Of a stretch of DNA of 64,000 bases, positions 14,000 through 27,221 are shown piece after piece; position 1 is the first letter of the stretch; every line of letters begins with the position of its first letter. Source of the DNA: Octopus sinensis (lineage: Eukaryota); NCBI RefSeq assembly GCF_006345805.1, contig NC_043012.1, forward strand, positions 45,694,001 through 45,758,000, given 5' to 3'. The notes beneath the pieces were generated by a model. It was given only the letters and a program-made list of their open reading frames with translations. It did no database searches and had not been told where the DNA came from. Both the position numbers and the translations under genes were made by a program.

Positions 14000-14300
14000 T
14001 TACGGCAAGTTTTTGCTGGGGCAACATGGAGCTTGTTCTTCATCACTGAAAACAATTGTGAGATGGAGGTGCCTGCCATGTATCTGAGGCATGTGTCTTA
14101 GCCGCTTTCCTGGTCGTCTGGCTGGTAAAAATGTGCGCCGAACGGTTTTTAGAAGGAACCAGAAATCAATTTTGAGAATGTTCGAAAAAATCAATCCACA
14201 CCATCACATCACGCTGGTTGGTCGGTGAGTAAACTGATCACTTGGAACTATGATGGTTTGCTCGTGATATCAGACCGTATATACAAGGATTCCATTTCGA
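14000..14300 (-). mobile_element. Tc1/mariner-superfamily transposase remnant
   Basis: ORF 14000-14194 ...ARRPGKRLRH...HLTIVFSDE resembles the first catalytic-Asp motif IVFSDE. Confidence 0.45.
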
Positions 14301-14789
14301 ATACCCGCTAAAGATATACACAACTCGGCCACATAAAACTGGATTCCAATCAAAATAATTTCTCATATATTTGACATGACTTAGTAATATAATATTGAGG
14401 CAGTAAACACACAAGGTATATATTCTTTTTTACCTATAGATTTCAACAGGTAAAAAGTATGCATGAAATATGACATACTTAGTTGTACTTATTTGATCTT
14501 GTGAGGACGAAACTAAATTACCCTTATCATTAATGTAAACTTGTTATTGAATTATTACGGACATATATAATTATAATATGCAACATTATCTAACAAAATA
14601 TATTTCGATTTTCTATTTGGTTTGCAAGATTCTTTATGTGAATTCGTGTGTTGAAGCATATATATATATGTGCTTGTGTGTACGTTTGTATGTGTGTGTA
14701 TGTGTGTGTATTTGTGTGTGCTGGTCTGTCCGTATTACGTATGTACATATTTACTTGTCTGTCTGTTTATTTACATATCCATTTACCTA

Positions 14790-14835
<46 letters not shown>

Positions 14836-14984
14836 ATATATATGCCTATAAAACACCCTGCTAACAAGACTATCTATGTATATATCAACTGTGGATATTG
14901 GGTTATCACCACCTTTTACGTATATCTCGTATCTAGGACGTACTTTTATATTTGTCTGAGTGTTGTGTCTTTCGGGTGCTAGGT

Positions 14985-15480
14985 TTAAATGCGGATGTCA
15001 AGTTGACCAATGTGCCTCCGTGTTGGTCTTAGGCATGTTGGTAAAGTATGGAGGGCTGTTTATGTTGTCATATTCCCTAAAATATGCATTTAGTCTTTCC
15101 GCAAGTCTTCTAGATGTCTCACCAATATATGTCATGTTCTCGTATTCACAATCACCCTCTATGCACCTTATACTGTAAACTGAATTTCTATAGTTAATTC
15201 CAGGCTTAATCTTACATCCCATGCAGCTCTCATTAATGCATTTGGTATTCTCAAAGGAGTACACCCGACATAATTTTATTCTGATGGAGCTCCCTGGATT
15301 TTCAACGATCTTAATGTTCAGTTTGGCCTCTTTGACAGCTTTCCTAAATTTTCGAGCTAGTTCTCCATGGACAATGGCCTCTATAGACATCTCTCTTTCA
15401 AATTTGTCAGCCTTGTACTATGTTCTGACCATGTTTGCTTTGTCTCAAACTCTCTATATCCTATTCCAGTCTTAGATATA
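14985..15480 (-). mobile_element. Penelope-like element fragment: RT thumb end plus GIY-YIG endonuclease
   Basis: ORF 14998-15390: C..C..C...VYSIRC...C....YIGETSRRLAERL, the PLE GIY-YIG signature. Confidence 0.88.
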
Positions 15481-16713
15481 TTTATATATATATATACTTT
15501 ACGTTTATGATCTGATGTTGATAGTTGTAGGAATATATATGATTTTAGCTACGTAACTGAACACGAAATATTGCATCTGGGAAATGAAGCTTCACAGTTC
15601 TGGCTTAACTTCCTCACTGATACAGTTTCTGTATGTTTGTTTGTATGTGTGCTTATACATGTGGGTTTGTGTGTGTGCGTGTGTGTGTGGGTTCTGAGCG
15701 GGGTTTCGTGAGGTGGGCGAATTTGTGTGTGGGGGGGTTTGTGTGTGGTGACCTATGTGTTGGGGCTTTTGGATGTGTACATACATAAATACAAAGCAAA
15801 ATGTGGTTTAGAAATAAATGGCATGCTAACCTTTTAACTGACTTGTAAATAAGCTCTTAACATTAAAGTCGATATCTGAAAGACTAAATGCTTGCACGTA
15901 CTTGTTATTAGTAATTGACCTTATGTAACATTACTCACCAAATGTTTATGTTCAATAAATGCATGGCTAATAATATCATGTAAATATCTCAACAAAAACT
16001 TTTAGATTGTTCCGTCAAGAAAGTAGTTTTATAGTACAGTGGGTAACAGATGACCGTCTGCATTTTTCCGTCTAAGTATTCCATTCTGTATTTTAGATGA
16101 ATTTTATATAAGACTATGTAGGAAGAACTCCACTATAGATACTACATTCAAAAATTTCCAAACCATTTTAGAAAGCGCGCTGTAAGTACATTCACACGAT
16201 GGGAAAATTATTTTCTTTCGGCATTAAAATACGAGGATTGTTTCAGTGAGACCTAAGCATTAAATGATTTCTTTTATGAATATCGCTTTCGTTGGATTGC
16301 GTGTTTAATGAACGAGATTTTTATATGAAGCGAATGAAGTTTCCATTAAGTAGATACATTTTTCTAGATAATTTAAATTAGAAAGATATAGTAATTTAAA
16401 ATGCTTTCATTATATTTAAAATATTTTGTGTTGTCTCGACTTTAGAATGATTTGAATTCGTTACACCTTTCCTTTCGCAGATACAGCAAACGCCACGTGT
16501 TTGTATCTCGCATTGTTTGTACAACAACATTAGATTAGTTTACTTGTAAAAACAGTTTGAAATTGCTGCGAATCTGGACACGAATACTTTAGAGCTATGT
16601 TTAGAAATTATAAATTGGAAATAAGAAAGATTTAAGGACTTAAATCTGTCTTCATAACCTTTAATATAAGTCCGGCATAGAATCAAAATAAGGATATTAT
16701 ACATACATATAAT

Positions 16714-16905
16714 AAGGTGGTGAGCTGGCGGAGTCCAAAGCACGCTGGGCAAAATGGTTAACGGCATTTTGTCCGTCTTTACCTTCTGAGTTCAAATACC
16801 CCCAAAGTTGACTTTGCCTTTCCCCATTACCGTCGATATAGTCGACTAGACTCCCCCCACCAAAGTAAAAAAAAATTCAGGCCTTGTGCCTATTGTAGAA
16901 ATGAT
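16714..16905 (+). mobile_element. SINE family A, diverged copy
   Basis: AAGGTGGTGAGCTGGCG head, TTCTGAGTTCAAAT B-box, GTTGACTTTGCCTT body. Confidence 0.75.
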
Positions 16906-19269
16906 TATACATACATATACAATACCGATGACTTAAGAAGGTGATAACTATTACGCCATTTCGTAGTATTTCGTTTTCCAATGTATAAGCCATGAAAAAG
17001 CACCTATGTAAAACATGATAATACATTATGCATTGTCATTTAGTAAATCTTACTGGGGTGGGCTCTAATCTCACTGTCTTCTTGAATTAGACTTTATTTT
17101 CATGACATATATGACAGTACGGGTATATTTGTTAATTTTTTTTTTTTGATATTTGAATAGACATGTCTCGGCTGATATTTTTAATGTTGATCGCTATCCG
17201 TGTTAATATGTAAAGTTTCTTTTCTTTCTTCGCATATTATGACTAATGCAAGCCATCGTTCAGGTGTAACATTTTGTCTAGGAAGTCACCTATTTGTAGT
17301 TGATTGTCTATCGTAATTTTTGTTCGAATTCTTAGTATACGATAATGAACGCCTTTCTAATGAGCTGAGGAAGTATCATTTCAGCTTATAGGATATAGCT
17401 TGTGTGTTGTTTGTCTATAATCAAATATTTACTCAATTTATAATGTACATAACAAAAATAGACTCGATAGTTCAGCGCCGTTATACGCACAGACATATAT
17501 ACACTGACGAACATGCTTTCATATTTTCGTAACTCAGAATAAGCAGTTTTGAAAATATCAGTGACATTTTTGTATGTTAGTGAGTTTGATGTTGGATACA
17601 GAGGAATGAATTTTGCCAAAATTGACGTAGTTCAATTAATTTCTATAGAAATAGATATATCTTGCAGTTGCTTTGTGCCTTCGATACTATTAAATCAAAT
17701 GAAACCATTGCAACGCATTATTCTTGAGATTAGCCTAATTCATATATTTATTGAGTCTATTGCCTTTAACTTATTACAACCAGTTCGCTTTCCACTATGT
17801 TAGTATTTGGAGCTCTAATGAAATTATCCATGTCGTTTTGAAATGTGAGATACTATTTACATACGCTGAGGAGATCAATATTGTCTATTTTTGACTGTGT
17901 GACAATCTCGTGCATTGTCATTTAACATATTTGTTTTGGGAATGTTTTCTTACAAATATTAATTATGATGCCCAATAGTAAATAGCAGAACAATTTTTCT
18001 ATCATGTATGTACAATTTCTTGATCATACCAACAAAGGCGAATAGGTGAGTAGACATTTTAAAAAGGTGTTAAATTTTCTCTCAACTAATTTTCAAAATT
18101 GATGGCATGGTTGTTGTCTCTCACCTTTTTAATAAGCTATATTAAGTCATATGTGTTGCATTCCTAATCCACCTATTGATTAAACGTGATTAACTCTGTC
18201 GCGCTCCTATTCGTGAACCGAAAAATATAAAATGTACGCGAGTGAACTATGTAATTGCAGATGGAACAGTTTACGCACGATCGAAATATTTACACATGAA
18301 TCGTGTCATAGTATATTTATCGCCTATTTTATAGTTAAAATACTGCCAATTACACTGGGCAAGTGTTATTCGATTATCGTTACTCAGTCTCTTTGGAGTA
18401 CGAGTCAATGTATCAAATAAATATCCCTCCACTGAGTGTTATAACTTATTTTCAATCAAAACTTACTAAACATCCCATACTCTATACGCAATTCCTAAAT
18501 GCTGTATCTCCAATTTTGTTTGAAGAAAATTTCTCCAAAAGCTTGACCTCGTTTGTGCATCTGTGTTCATAAAGCAGTTATATGCAAAACACTTGGGATT
18601 TGACGAATCCTTTAACATTAATCCGAAAGAATATCGTGCGGCAAAATCTCTTATATTTCCTACGTAGACATATTCAATATTCTATATCTTCCTCTCCAAT
18701 AAAATCACCACAAAAATGGCCACTTATGCAATAATTGATTCTGCTTAATAGAAATACTGCAGAATGCATCGCTGAAGTGAAAAAGGAGACATTCAAGTAA
18801 AAAGAGTGCAAAAGCTTATAATCCAAAATAAGGATGGAGATCATACCACCGCCTATGTAAAATTCAACCAACTACAAGTGATGCAACAGAATTATACCAT
18901 CGACCACCATACTGAATGTAAAGGGGAAAAAACCTCGTAACAACAGATCAACCAGATTTAAAATTCATGCGGATCTACCAGAAACACTACAGAAAATAGA
19001 AAACAACCACATAAACAATAATGGAGATGGATCAACGTAAATCCTAGCAAGAAAGAAAGCAAATATCGTAGTTCTGCTGCAATTTATATCCAACGAAACA
19101 ATCTATCCAAAATGACATGAGGCTCAATAAATTTTCCTATACAAGAAATATTCTTTCAATATGCTTTCCTGCTGTGTAGGAAAGTATATGGAGGGTAAAA
19201 ATCAGTCGGTGTCATCCAAGTTTAAAAGGTATGAATGGAGAGAATAAATACTCGAACCCAAAGGAAAAG

Positions 19270-19289
19270 ATAACAACAACAACAACAAC

Positions 19290-19324
<35 letters not shown>

Positions 19325-19391
19325 TAATAATAACAATAATAATAACAGGAGTAGTCGTAGTAGTCATAGTCGTCGTCGTAGTAGTAGTAAT

Positions 19392-19431
<40 letters not shown>

Positions 19432-19485
19432 GTAGTAGTAGTAGTAGTAGTAGTAGTGGCAGCAGCACCAGTAGCAGTAATAATA
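19270..19485. repeat. Compound trinucleotide microsatellite (ACA/ATA/GTA/TAT)
   Basis: Direct inspection. Confidence 0.9.
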
Positions 19486-19499
19486 TTTGTTTCAAATTA

Positions 19500-19610
19500 T
19501 GGCTGAAGGGAGTGGGTAAGAGGATGATGTTCACACCAGTATTTGACTGATACTTATTTTATTGACACCAAAATAATAAAAGGCAAATCCAATCTCGGCT
19601 ACATCGGTGC
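19500..19610 (-). mobile_element. SINE family A fragment
   Basis: TACTTATTTTATTGAC...AAAGGCAAA is the reverse complement of the SINE-A body. Confidence 0.5.
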
Positions 19611-19689
19611 AGTAACGATTCTGCCAGTTCGTTGCCCTAAATCTATTGAAGACACGGCACTGCATCCAATATTCTGATGTAGATTGAAG

Positions 19690-20000
19690 ACGTTGTGTAC
19701 CATCTTACAAATCACAACTACGACATCAGACAGACAAACATTTACGCAGTGTTCCGATTGGAACCGAATTAAGACCAAATTTTGCTACTAATCTTACGAT
19801 GACAACTGCTACCACATCGTGGCGATCTCAATACTCAAGTCTCCATATTTGTCGACCTTTTCTCTTTCATGATAATATGTCGATCTCCTGGTACTGCCAA
19901 GTTGATTATTTGGCACCCCTGTTTGTCCCTCCTAAAGGTTACTATATCGTAAATATAACGTAACTGGGACGGTGTTTTCGACTATTCTCTCAGAATTGTT
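19690..20000 (-). mobile_element. R4/Dong-type restriction-like endonuclease remnant
   Basis: Manual translation KQGCQIINLAVPGDRHIIMKEK-KVDKYGDLSIEIATMW (frameshifted), i.e. IIDIAVP.D...KE.EK..KY.DL..EI..MW. Confidence 0.65.
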
Positions 20001-20019
20001 GGCATTGTCCTTGAGGAAC

Positions 20020-20500
20020 AACTAAAAGTTACAAGGAGCAAAGTCTGGAGTGCATAGAGGGTGCAGGACGGTTTTGATATATGAATCTCTGAAAAGTAGT
20101 TGGTGACCAGGTTGAAATTGAGGACATTGTGGATCGGTGCTCTGTCCTAGTGCAGGGATCAACGACTCGAGTGGAGGAGATTTGGCCTATGGCGCCGAAA
20201 TCCCTTCCTGAACTCTTGGATCGGAAATATAGAGCAACATTCTCCCTCACGGAACAGCCCCGGTACGAACTTTGCACAAATTTTGTGCGTGTCCAGGACT
20301 TCATGTTTAATTCTGTGTACAGTTGCTACACCAACACCAAAATGTATGTTTATTGTATTTACAGACATACATTTCGTCTCGACATTGTAGATTTTTACAA
20401 CCAGCTCCGATGTTCTCATGACTCTCTTTCTCTCACCTCACTTCGTCATTCACCAACCCTCCACCGTCCTTGAATCTTTTGTGATAGCGAAAAGTAGGTG
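20020..20500 (-). mobile_element. Internally deleted mariner transposase remnant
   Basis: MSRTPTFRYHKRFKDG (N-terminal HTH), GVATVHRIKHEVLDTHKICAKFVP, and LHPLCTPDFAPCNF (YSPDLAP-like). Confidence 0.8.
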
Positions 20501-20971
20501 TTCGGCTCATATCAATGAATCCATAAGCAGTCTGAAGCATTTCATTAGTTTCCATAGTATTTTCCCACTTTAACATAATTTGTTGTAGAGCGAGCTATCA
20601 AATCGTTTTTGCATCCCGACTCTATTCTGCACATCAGTGGGCTGTCACAAGCACTATTTAATAGATCCTGTTCAAGGTGCGGTTATAGTTGTCACCTTCA
20701 ATTTAGAATAAAAGAAAAGTTGGGAGGTTAAGCTTAGATGTATTGTAGTGATATACTAAGTTGAAAATATTCTTGAACATTTAGAACTGCCTCTCTTGAA
20801 AAATGTCTCAAAACTTCTGGAATGTACCTCGTATCTACCTTAATACTTGTCTTCCAAATATTTATTACTCTAGTGTCGGAATATTTCGTGGCTTTTCCAT
20901 AAATATTTTGCAGTATCTAGCTTTGAGCCTTTAAATTTTAACCTGTTCATAATGTACCATTATAGCATAAA

Positions 20972-21347
20972 AAACAAGAGCACCCAGAAAGAGCAAACCT
21001 CCGCCAAGGCAACACCAACGTCCTACCAATGATTAGCCAGAGATGATTTCTAAAATGAGAATATCCGAAATAAACTCGACTGCTCTCACAAACGAGAATA
21101 CTAAATATTAACCCAATCCCTCTCAAAAATTAAGTTAAAGGAAAACCGGAAACATAATCCAGAATCCTAGTCCGGTATCGGATCGATCCCAAAATCTAAT
21201 CAGTTTCTGTCAGTCAGGAGGCCAAGCATCCCTGAAAGTGTCGTCCGAATCCATCCAGCGGCTTTTGAGATATCTTTGAGACAAACAAACAAACAAACTA
21301 ACACGACTGAAAACGATACCCCCGCCTTCGCTAAGGCGGAGGTAATA
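20972..21347 (+). mobile_element. Helentron-associated (HINE/DINE-1-like) non-autonomous element
   Basis: Subterminal inverted repeat ACCTCCGCC (20997-21005)/GGCGGAGGT (21335-21343), 3' hairpin CCGCCTT cgct AAGGCGG (21322-21339) and internal (AAAC)n. Confidence 0.72.
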
Positions 21348-22953
21348 ATATGCTTCACATTCATGAAAAATATTCTTGTGTGATTAACTAATTTGATAAC
21401 TGATTTCAGTCAGTATGGAATATGTGGCAGAAAACTGTCCGTTCTGTATGTTTGTAACACGCCTTCTTAAATGAAACATAATGAATTATGCAAATACATG
21501 CTCATGTCCATAAATTACCATTTTCTGAAAAAGTTCATTATATGAACGTACTTTATTTAAAGTAAATGATGATTGTTACATTTGAGAAAAATATAATGAG
21601 TATTCGTATTCGATTTAGAGAAAAATCTTGGCATAATTAACAAAGAACAAAAATAACAATATACTAATGAAAAACCTTACATAATCATACGCATATAACC
21701 ATGTACTAAAATGTATTTTCTGTTTTGATTACTGATTACATGCATGTTAAAAAATAGATTAATATTTAAAATATTTACCGGTAATGGAATTAAATTCGAA
21801 AGCATAATATGAATGCAAAAATATGATAAACACACACTCTTAATGACAATGAATTTTAGCCTGCATTTTAAACGGGAATCCTTGGGGAATAAAACCGAAA
21901 CGATTTGTAACAATAGAATACCAATTAGTGAAAATCTATATTGAGATTTAAACGAGAAAATAAATGATAGACTACACTACTAATGTTGTGTAACATCGAT
22001 GCTTACGTTAAAATACATTGATGGAAGGCTCCACGAAGTCTGGAGACAGTTAAGAAATATGTAAGTAAATGCCTCATTTGCATACATGTTTACCAAAATA
22101 AGCATATTAACGAGTGATTGATAAACCAGCAGAATATTCCAAGTAACATGAGTAGGAAATATTTTGAGATAGTGACACACAAATAGAGTATGGTCTCAAT
22201 CATTTCAGAAAGAAAATTGTTTGCCGTAAAATATAGCATGAAACAGAATTTTAAATATATATGAAGATAATCTTTGGTGTAGTGAACATCATCTTAAAAA
22301 TCGCACAAAGGCAACTAGAACTTGTTTAGTTGTGTATGTACGAACGTATCTGTGTGTCTTATACACAGGCTGACACACACATATGCATATATACACGCAT
22401 ACACACCCATGTTCAGTAGAAAATGGCTGCAGAATTTTGAATTATAAAATATAAATTATTTATAAATTTATATTGGATTGTTTTAATCGGAAAAAGTCAT
22501 TAATCTGTAAAAATATGGTAAATCTACTCATTAATCAAAATTCATTAATGTGATTGTAATTAAAGACGTAATTATTACAATTTTATAATACTAGTGTTTA
22601 TACAAGTAAACATTCATTTCAAGGTAACCTCCATAATAAAGTAATTAATGTGAATCAGGTTATGACTAAAATACAACTACAAAACGTAATTTCTCTTCCT
22701 GTCACAGTTTGTATACGTCTATGTAACATGTCGAAAATTAGTAAGCTAATGAAACAGTTTGGAGTACATGTTTGGTGCTGTAAGAGAACATTTGCAAGTG
22801 TGCTGCCATTAAAAATAAGTATTTCTGTAGCTTTTGTTTTCTTCTTTCTCATGGTGTCACTGCCGCTAATTCTTCCATGGTGTGTGGTGAAAGTTTGTAC
22901 ACATGTACATACATGCAAATATACATACATACATACATACATACATACATACA

Positions 22954-22986
<33 letters not shown>

Positions 22987-22989
22987 CAT

Positions 22990-25400
22990 AGCTGCACCCT
23001 CGTTACACGAGAAAAGCCTTTGCGAAAAAGACTTACTGAAATGACACATTATTGATGTCACGGGATGCCGTTATATGACTTTTGAGCCCAGCCAAACTTT
23101 TACACATTTTGTTACATAATGCACAAATGTGCTGGTTGGCAAGAGAAACAGGTGCCACCATATGTACTCACTTCACGTGTCTTTTCATACCTCCAGCTGA
23201 GAGACACACCCTTCCACGTTTTACACATGTTCTGTTTATCATGGGTTGATTTCTGTGAGATATTTCATGACTGACCAGGCCTGCACGACTCAAACACCTC
23301 CTCTCACAAACCACACACACAAAAAGTAACGCTCTCACTTTCCACAGGTTCCCTCCTTTTATGCCCCCTCCTAATCCTCTCATACTTCACTCTCTCCCTC
23401 TCAAACCTTGAACAACCATTATACACTATCGTCCTCCATCCATCACGGTCTTGTGGCTCCCTCTCCCAATCACCAGCTGCAGATCCTCTCTGTATGAGAG
23501 CATTTTAAGGCAATCCTTAAACCTTAGTTTAAGCTTATGCGCTGGTCTCCTGCATATCTTCCAGGTCACCACACAATAGCTGCTTGAGCAGTCGCTCATC
23601 ACTCATCCTTATCAAATGTCCTCCCCCCACTTCAAACATCTTTGCAAAATCATTGACTCTATATTTCTATTGCCACCCCGCTCAAGCACCTCCACATTAC
23701 TAATGGCCATTTTCCAGTTTATCCCCCAAATTTTTCTCAGACAGGTTTGGAACATCTGCTATAAGATGTTTTATTGGTCCCCCAGGTATATTAGCAAGAA
23801 AAGGGAGGTCACCTTCATTGGGTCTATTGAGCAACTCATCAAAATTGTCTTTCCATCTCACAATAATATCTTTAGGATTTGTTAAACATTTTTTAAGAGA
23901 GAGTAAAAAAGTTTGGAATTGTTAGCATTTGAAACTTCTTGGATTTCATCGTATCTATCACTCCACCAATTTTTCTGCATCATCCGTAGCTTCCTCTCCA
24001 CTGTTACTTTTACTGCATTGAAATATGTAGCCACTGTCCCATTCGCTGACATAACAATATTACATGCCTTTCATATTACTAACTTCTTCATCATTGTCGT
24101 CAAACATGTCTTGCTGTTTTCTTTACAGTAAAGCCAAGAATATTATTACAAACGTTGTATACTCTTTGATCGAATGACATCCAACTTCCATCACAGGTCA
24201 AATTATTTATCTCATTCACAAAAGCACTGCATACTGACTGATTCTTACGTTTATTGACATCAACCCGTTTAGGTAATTTGCCGTTATTTATTCTAACCTT
24301 AGGCTTGACAACAAAACTCACCTTGGTACGCAAAGGCCTATGGTTATTCCAGCACTCTGCACCGTTTCCTGGTGAGGGTGTAAGCTAAAAGATGCCATTT
24401 CTTAGAACCATGGTGCATCCATGTCGTTTTATACTTATTCTTTAGCGAAACGTTTCATTCATGACACACAAATCCATCTCTACGCACATTTATAACAGCA
24501 GCAAACCATTACTGTTGGAACTCCCAACCCCTTGCTTTCCTAGGACACCCCAAGTTTCCTAATCTGCACCAACGCGAGCATTAAAATCACCCAAAAGGAC
24601 AAATTTGTCATCAGGGGGGATATTGCGTATAATCTCTGTAAGTGATAGATTGAAGGCAAGTTTATCATTCCCTGACGAATTCATAGTTGCAACATATGCA
24701 CTTATGAGTGTTGCATAGCGAACTTTTCTTAATAGAAGTCTTAAAGAATCAAACGATCCGAATGACCACATGGTAGTTTCTCAAGTTTTGAAACCAGAGT
24801 GGTATTGATTGCAAATCCCATTCCCGATGCTATCTTATAGGTCTCCTCTCTACCACTCCAAAAGAAATGATACCCAGCAGATTTCTCTACGAAATTCCCC
24901 TTTCCATGAATTCTTGTTTCGGCTAACGCCACAACATCCATATTATATCGCTGTAACTCTTGCAACAAGCGCGGATCTTCTCTCTGGACGAGATTTCAGA
25001 CAGTCATTGTCTAAAAACACTCAAGCATTCCAACATCCTATATTCATAGGCTTTCATCTTAACCTGAATTTATTCACAGTTGCAGGATGACAACCGGATC
25101 CAGGCCGTGGTGGCTTGGGATACCTGCCGGGCCAGACCCCAGAACAAAATGTTCCAGAGCTCTTTTTGCCATTTGTTTCAATATCGATATGAACTTTCAT
25201 TGTTTAGTTGTGCTTTTTTAAGCTTCAGCCAGCCATGTACATACAAGATGTCCATTCCTTTTTCCTCTCCAGAAATACCTGTGTTTGACACTTTTTAAAG
25301 TGAGGAAAAGTTTTTCATAGACAACATTCCCACTCTCTAAACTACAAAACATGATCCAAAAAGAAGAGCAAGTGACATTCATTGGGTGCATTTGCAGTCG
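22990..25400 (-). mobile_element. RTE-clade (BovB-like) LINE, decayed and internally deleted
   Basis: Endonuclease motifs VVALAETR..G.G....GYHFFWSG, SAYVAT, LLGDFNARVG; C-terminal KLRFKDCLK and C2H2 fingers (VCERRCLSRAGLVSHEISH); 3' hairpin at 22993-23011. Confidence 0.88.
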
Positions 25401-25628
25401 CAGGTATATATTTAAGTGTCCTTCTCCCAGTCTTTGCCCAACTAAAGGCTAACTACAAGACAGCATTGAAGTATTTAAATTCAGAGTCACTTTCTCCTAG
25501 ACAGACTGCCTTCGCCATGGCTTGGGTAAACAGAGGAGCTCTATCCACCCCTCATCTATTTATCATAAAAAAGTAGACTAAAAGAAGAAATATAGAAAAA
25601 TTGAAAATTGTACATATATATGTATATA

Positions 25629-25673
<45 letters not shown>

Positions 25674-25770
25674 CGGGAAGCTTTATGAAAATAAACAAAG
25701 GACGAAGGCAGGTGGAAAACAAACGAACAATTGTATTAGTATGGCGCTCAGGAAATATAAATAAAACAAG

Positions 25771-25808
25771 TCTTTAACGTTTCGAGCCTACGCTCTTCAA
25801 CAGAAAGA
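25771..25808 (-). ncRNA. Degenerate minimal type I hammerhead motif
   Basis: Minus strand TCTTT-CTGTTGA-A-GAGC gtag GCTC-GAAA-CGTT-AAAGA; A6 is U and the site is GUU. Confidence 0.45.
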
Positions 25809-26339
25809 TACACAGAGAGAAAAAAACACAGAAAGAAGGAGAGAAAAAAAATGCGTGCAGTAGCTAACGAATCAACATGGCGATCTGATTTCGGCCAGAG
25901 GTCAAAGATCAAACATGAGACGCGAGAGCGAAATAAGGGGAGATAATAGGGTTGATAATAGGGTTGAGGGACCAGCTAATAGTGCGTAGGAGGGGTCTGG
26001 ATGTGTGTATGTATAGGGTTGGTGTATGTATTAGTATGTATAAGGGTGTGTGTGTGTGTGTGTGTATGAGAGAGTATTAGTGCGTAGGATTGGTCTGGAC
26101 GTGCGTATGTATGGGGTTGGTGTATGTATTAGTATGTATTAGTATGTATTAGTACGTATTAGTATGTATAAGTGTGTGTGTGTGTATGAGAGAGTATAAG
26201 TGCGTATGCGGGGTCTGGACATGTGTATGTATAGGGTTGGTGTATGTATTGGTATGTACTAGTATGTATTAGTACGTATTAGTATGTATTAGTTGGTGTA
26301 TGTATTAGTATGGCACATCATATGTGATGTGATGTGTAA

Positions 26340-26670
26340 AGTCATGTGGTGTAGTGAGGAGAAGAGGGGGAGGGGGAGAAGAGGGGGGAGAAGGGGAGGG
26401 GAAGAAGAGGGGGAGGAGAGGGGGGAATAGGAGAGGATGGGGAGAATGAAGGAGAGGAGGGGGATGAAGGAGGAAAGAGGGAGAGGGGGAGAGAGAAGGG
26501 GAGTGAGGGAGCAGAGGGAAGGGGAAGAGGGGAGGAGGGAGGGAGAAAGAGGGAAGAAGGGAAGGGGAGTAGGGGTGAAAGGATGAAGGACTGAAGAAGT
26601 AGGGGTCGGGGGGAAAGGATAGGTGAGGAGGGGGGAGAGGGGGGTTAGATGAGGAGGGGGGGAGAGTTGA
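26340..26670. repeat. Polypurine (GA-rich) low-complexity tract
   Basis: About 330 bp almost entirely G/A on the + strand, with many GGG+ runs. Confidence 0.9.
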
Positions 26671-26834
26671 GACCAAATGGCGTATAAGAGCGAAGAGAGA
26701 AGATTAATATATATATATATATATATAAAATAAGATTAGCTCGTATACGAGTGGGTATATATTTGTAAAAAATGAAGTTCAAAAATGCTGCTATATTAGA
26801 CAAATTTTTAATTTTTATATATACATTATTTATT

Positions 26835-26873
26835 TAACATGTTTCGGTTCTTGAAATGATGAACCTTATCAAA
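26835..26873 (-). ncRNA. Decayed hammerhead-like motif
   Basis: Minus strand TTGATAAG-GTTC atcatttcaa GAAC-C-GAAA-CATGTT: intact stem II, GAAA and palindromic AACATGTT, but the core is mutated and stem I is not evident. Confidence 0.35.
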
Positions 26874-27221
26874 AAAAAAATTATATATATAAAAGATAGT
26901 TCATGCTATCAAATATAAAAAATTCATATATAATATACAATAGAGTCAGACATCAAAAGTTCATATATAGTGAAGTGAGTTCATGCTATTTGTTTAAAGA
27001 GTATGATGTAGTAGTTCATAGTGGTGATATGCATTCAATATAAAAAATAGTTCATAGTAGTGATATGCATTCAATATAAAAAATTGATGTTCTTGAAAAA
27101 GCGAGGAATTCATTTTAGATTTGACCTTGAGTAACTGTGATGACTTTTGGTCGGTGTTCGCTCGGACAGTTCTGGCGAACCTTGTGAATTGTTTGGGTTT
27201 TATATCATCTGTTAGGTGGCC

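Larger units (their letters stand above)
25673..26880 (-). mobile_element. Composite Penelope-like non-coding element: pseudo-LTR, tandem repeats and purine tract
   Basis: Starts with a copy of the 1-200 repeat; hammerhead-like motifs at 25771-25808 and 26835-26873; internal tandem units of about 100-120 bp at 25981-26310. Confidence 0.55.

Noticed and set aside
25940-26050. TAGGGTT motifs as telomeric repeats
   Set aside because: Isolated and not in tandem TTAGGG register.
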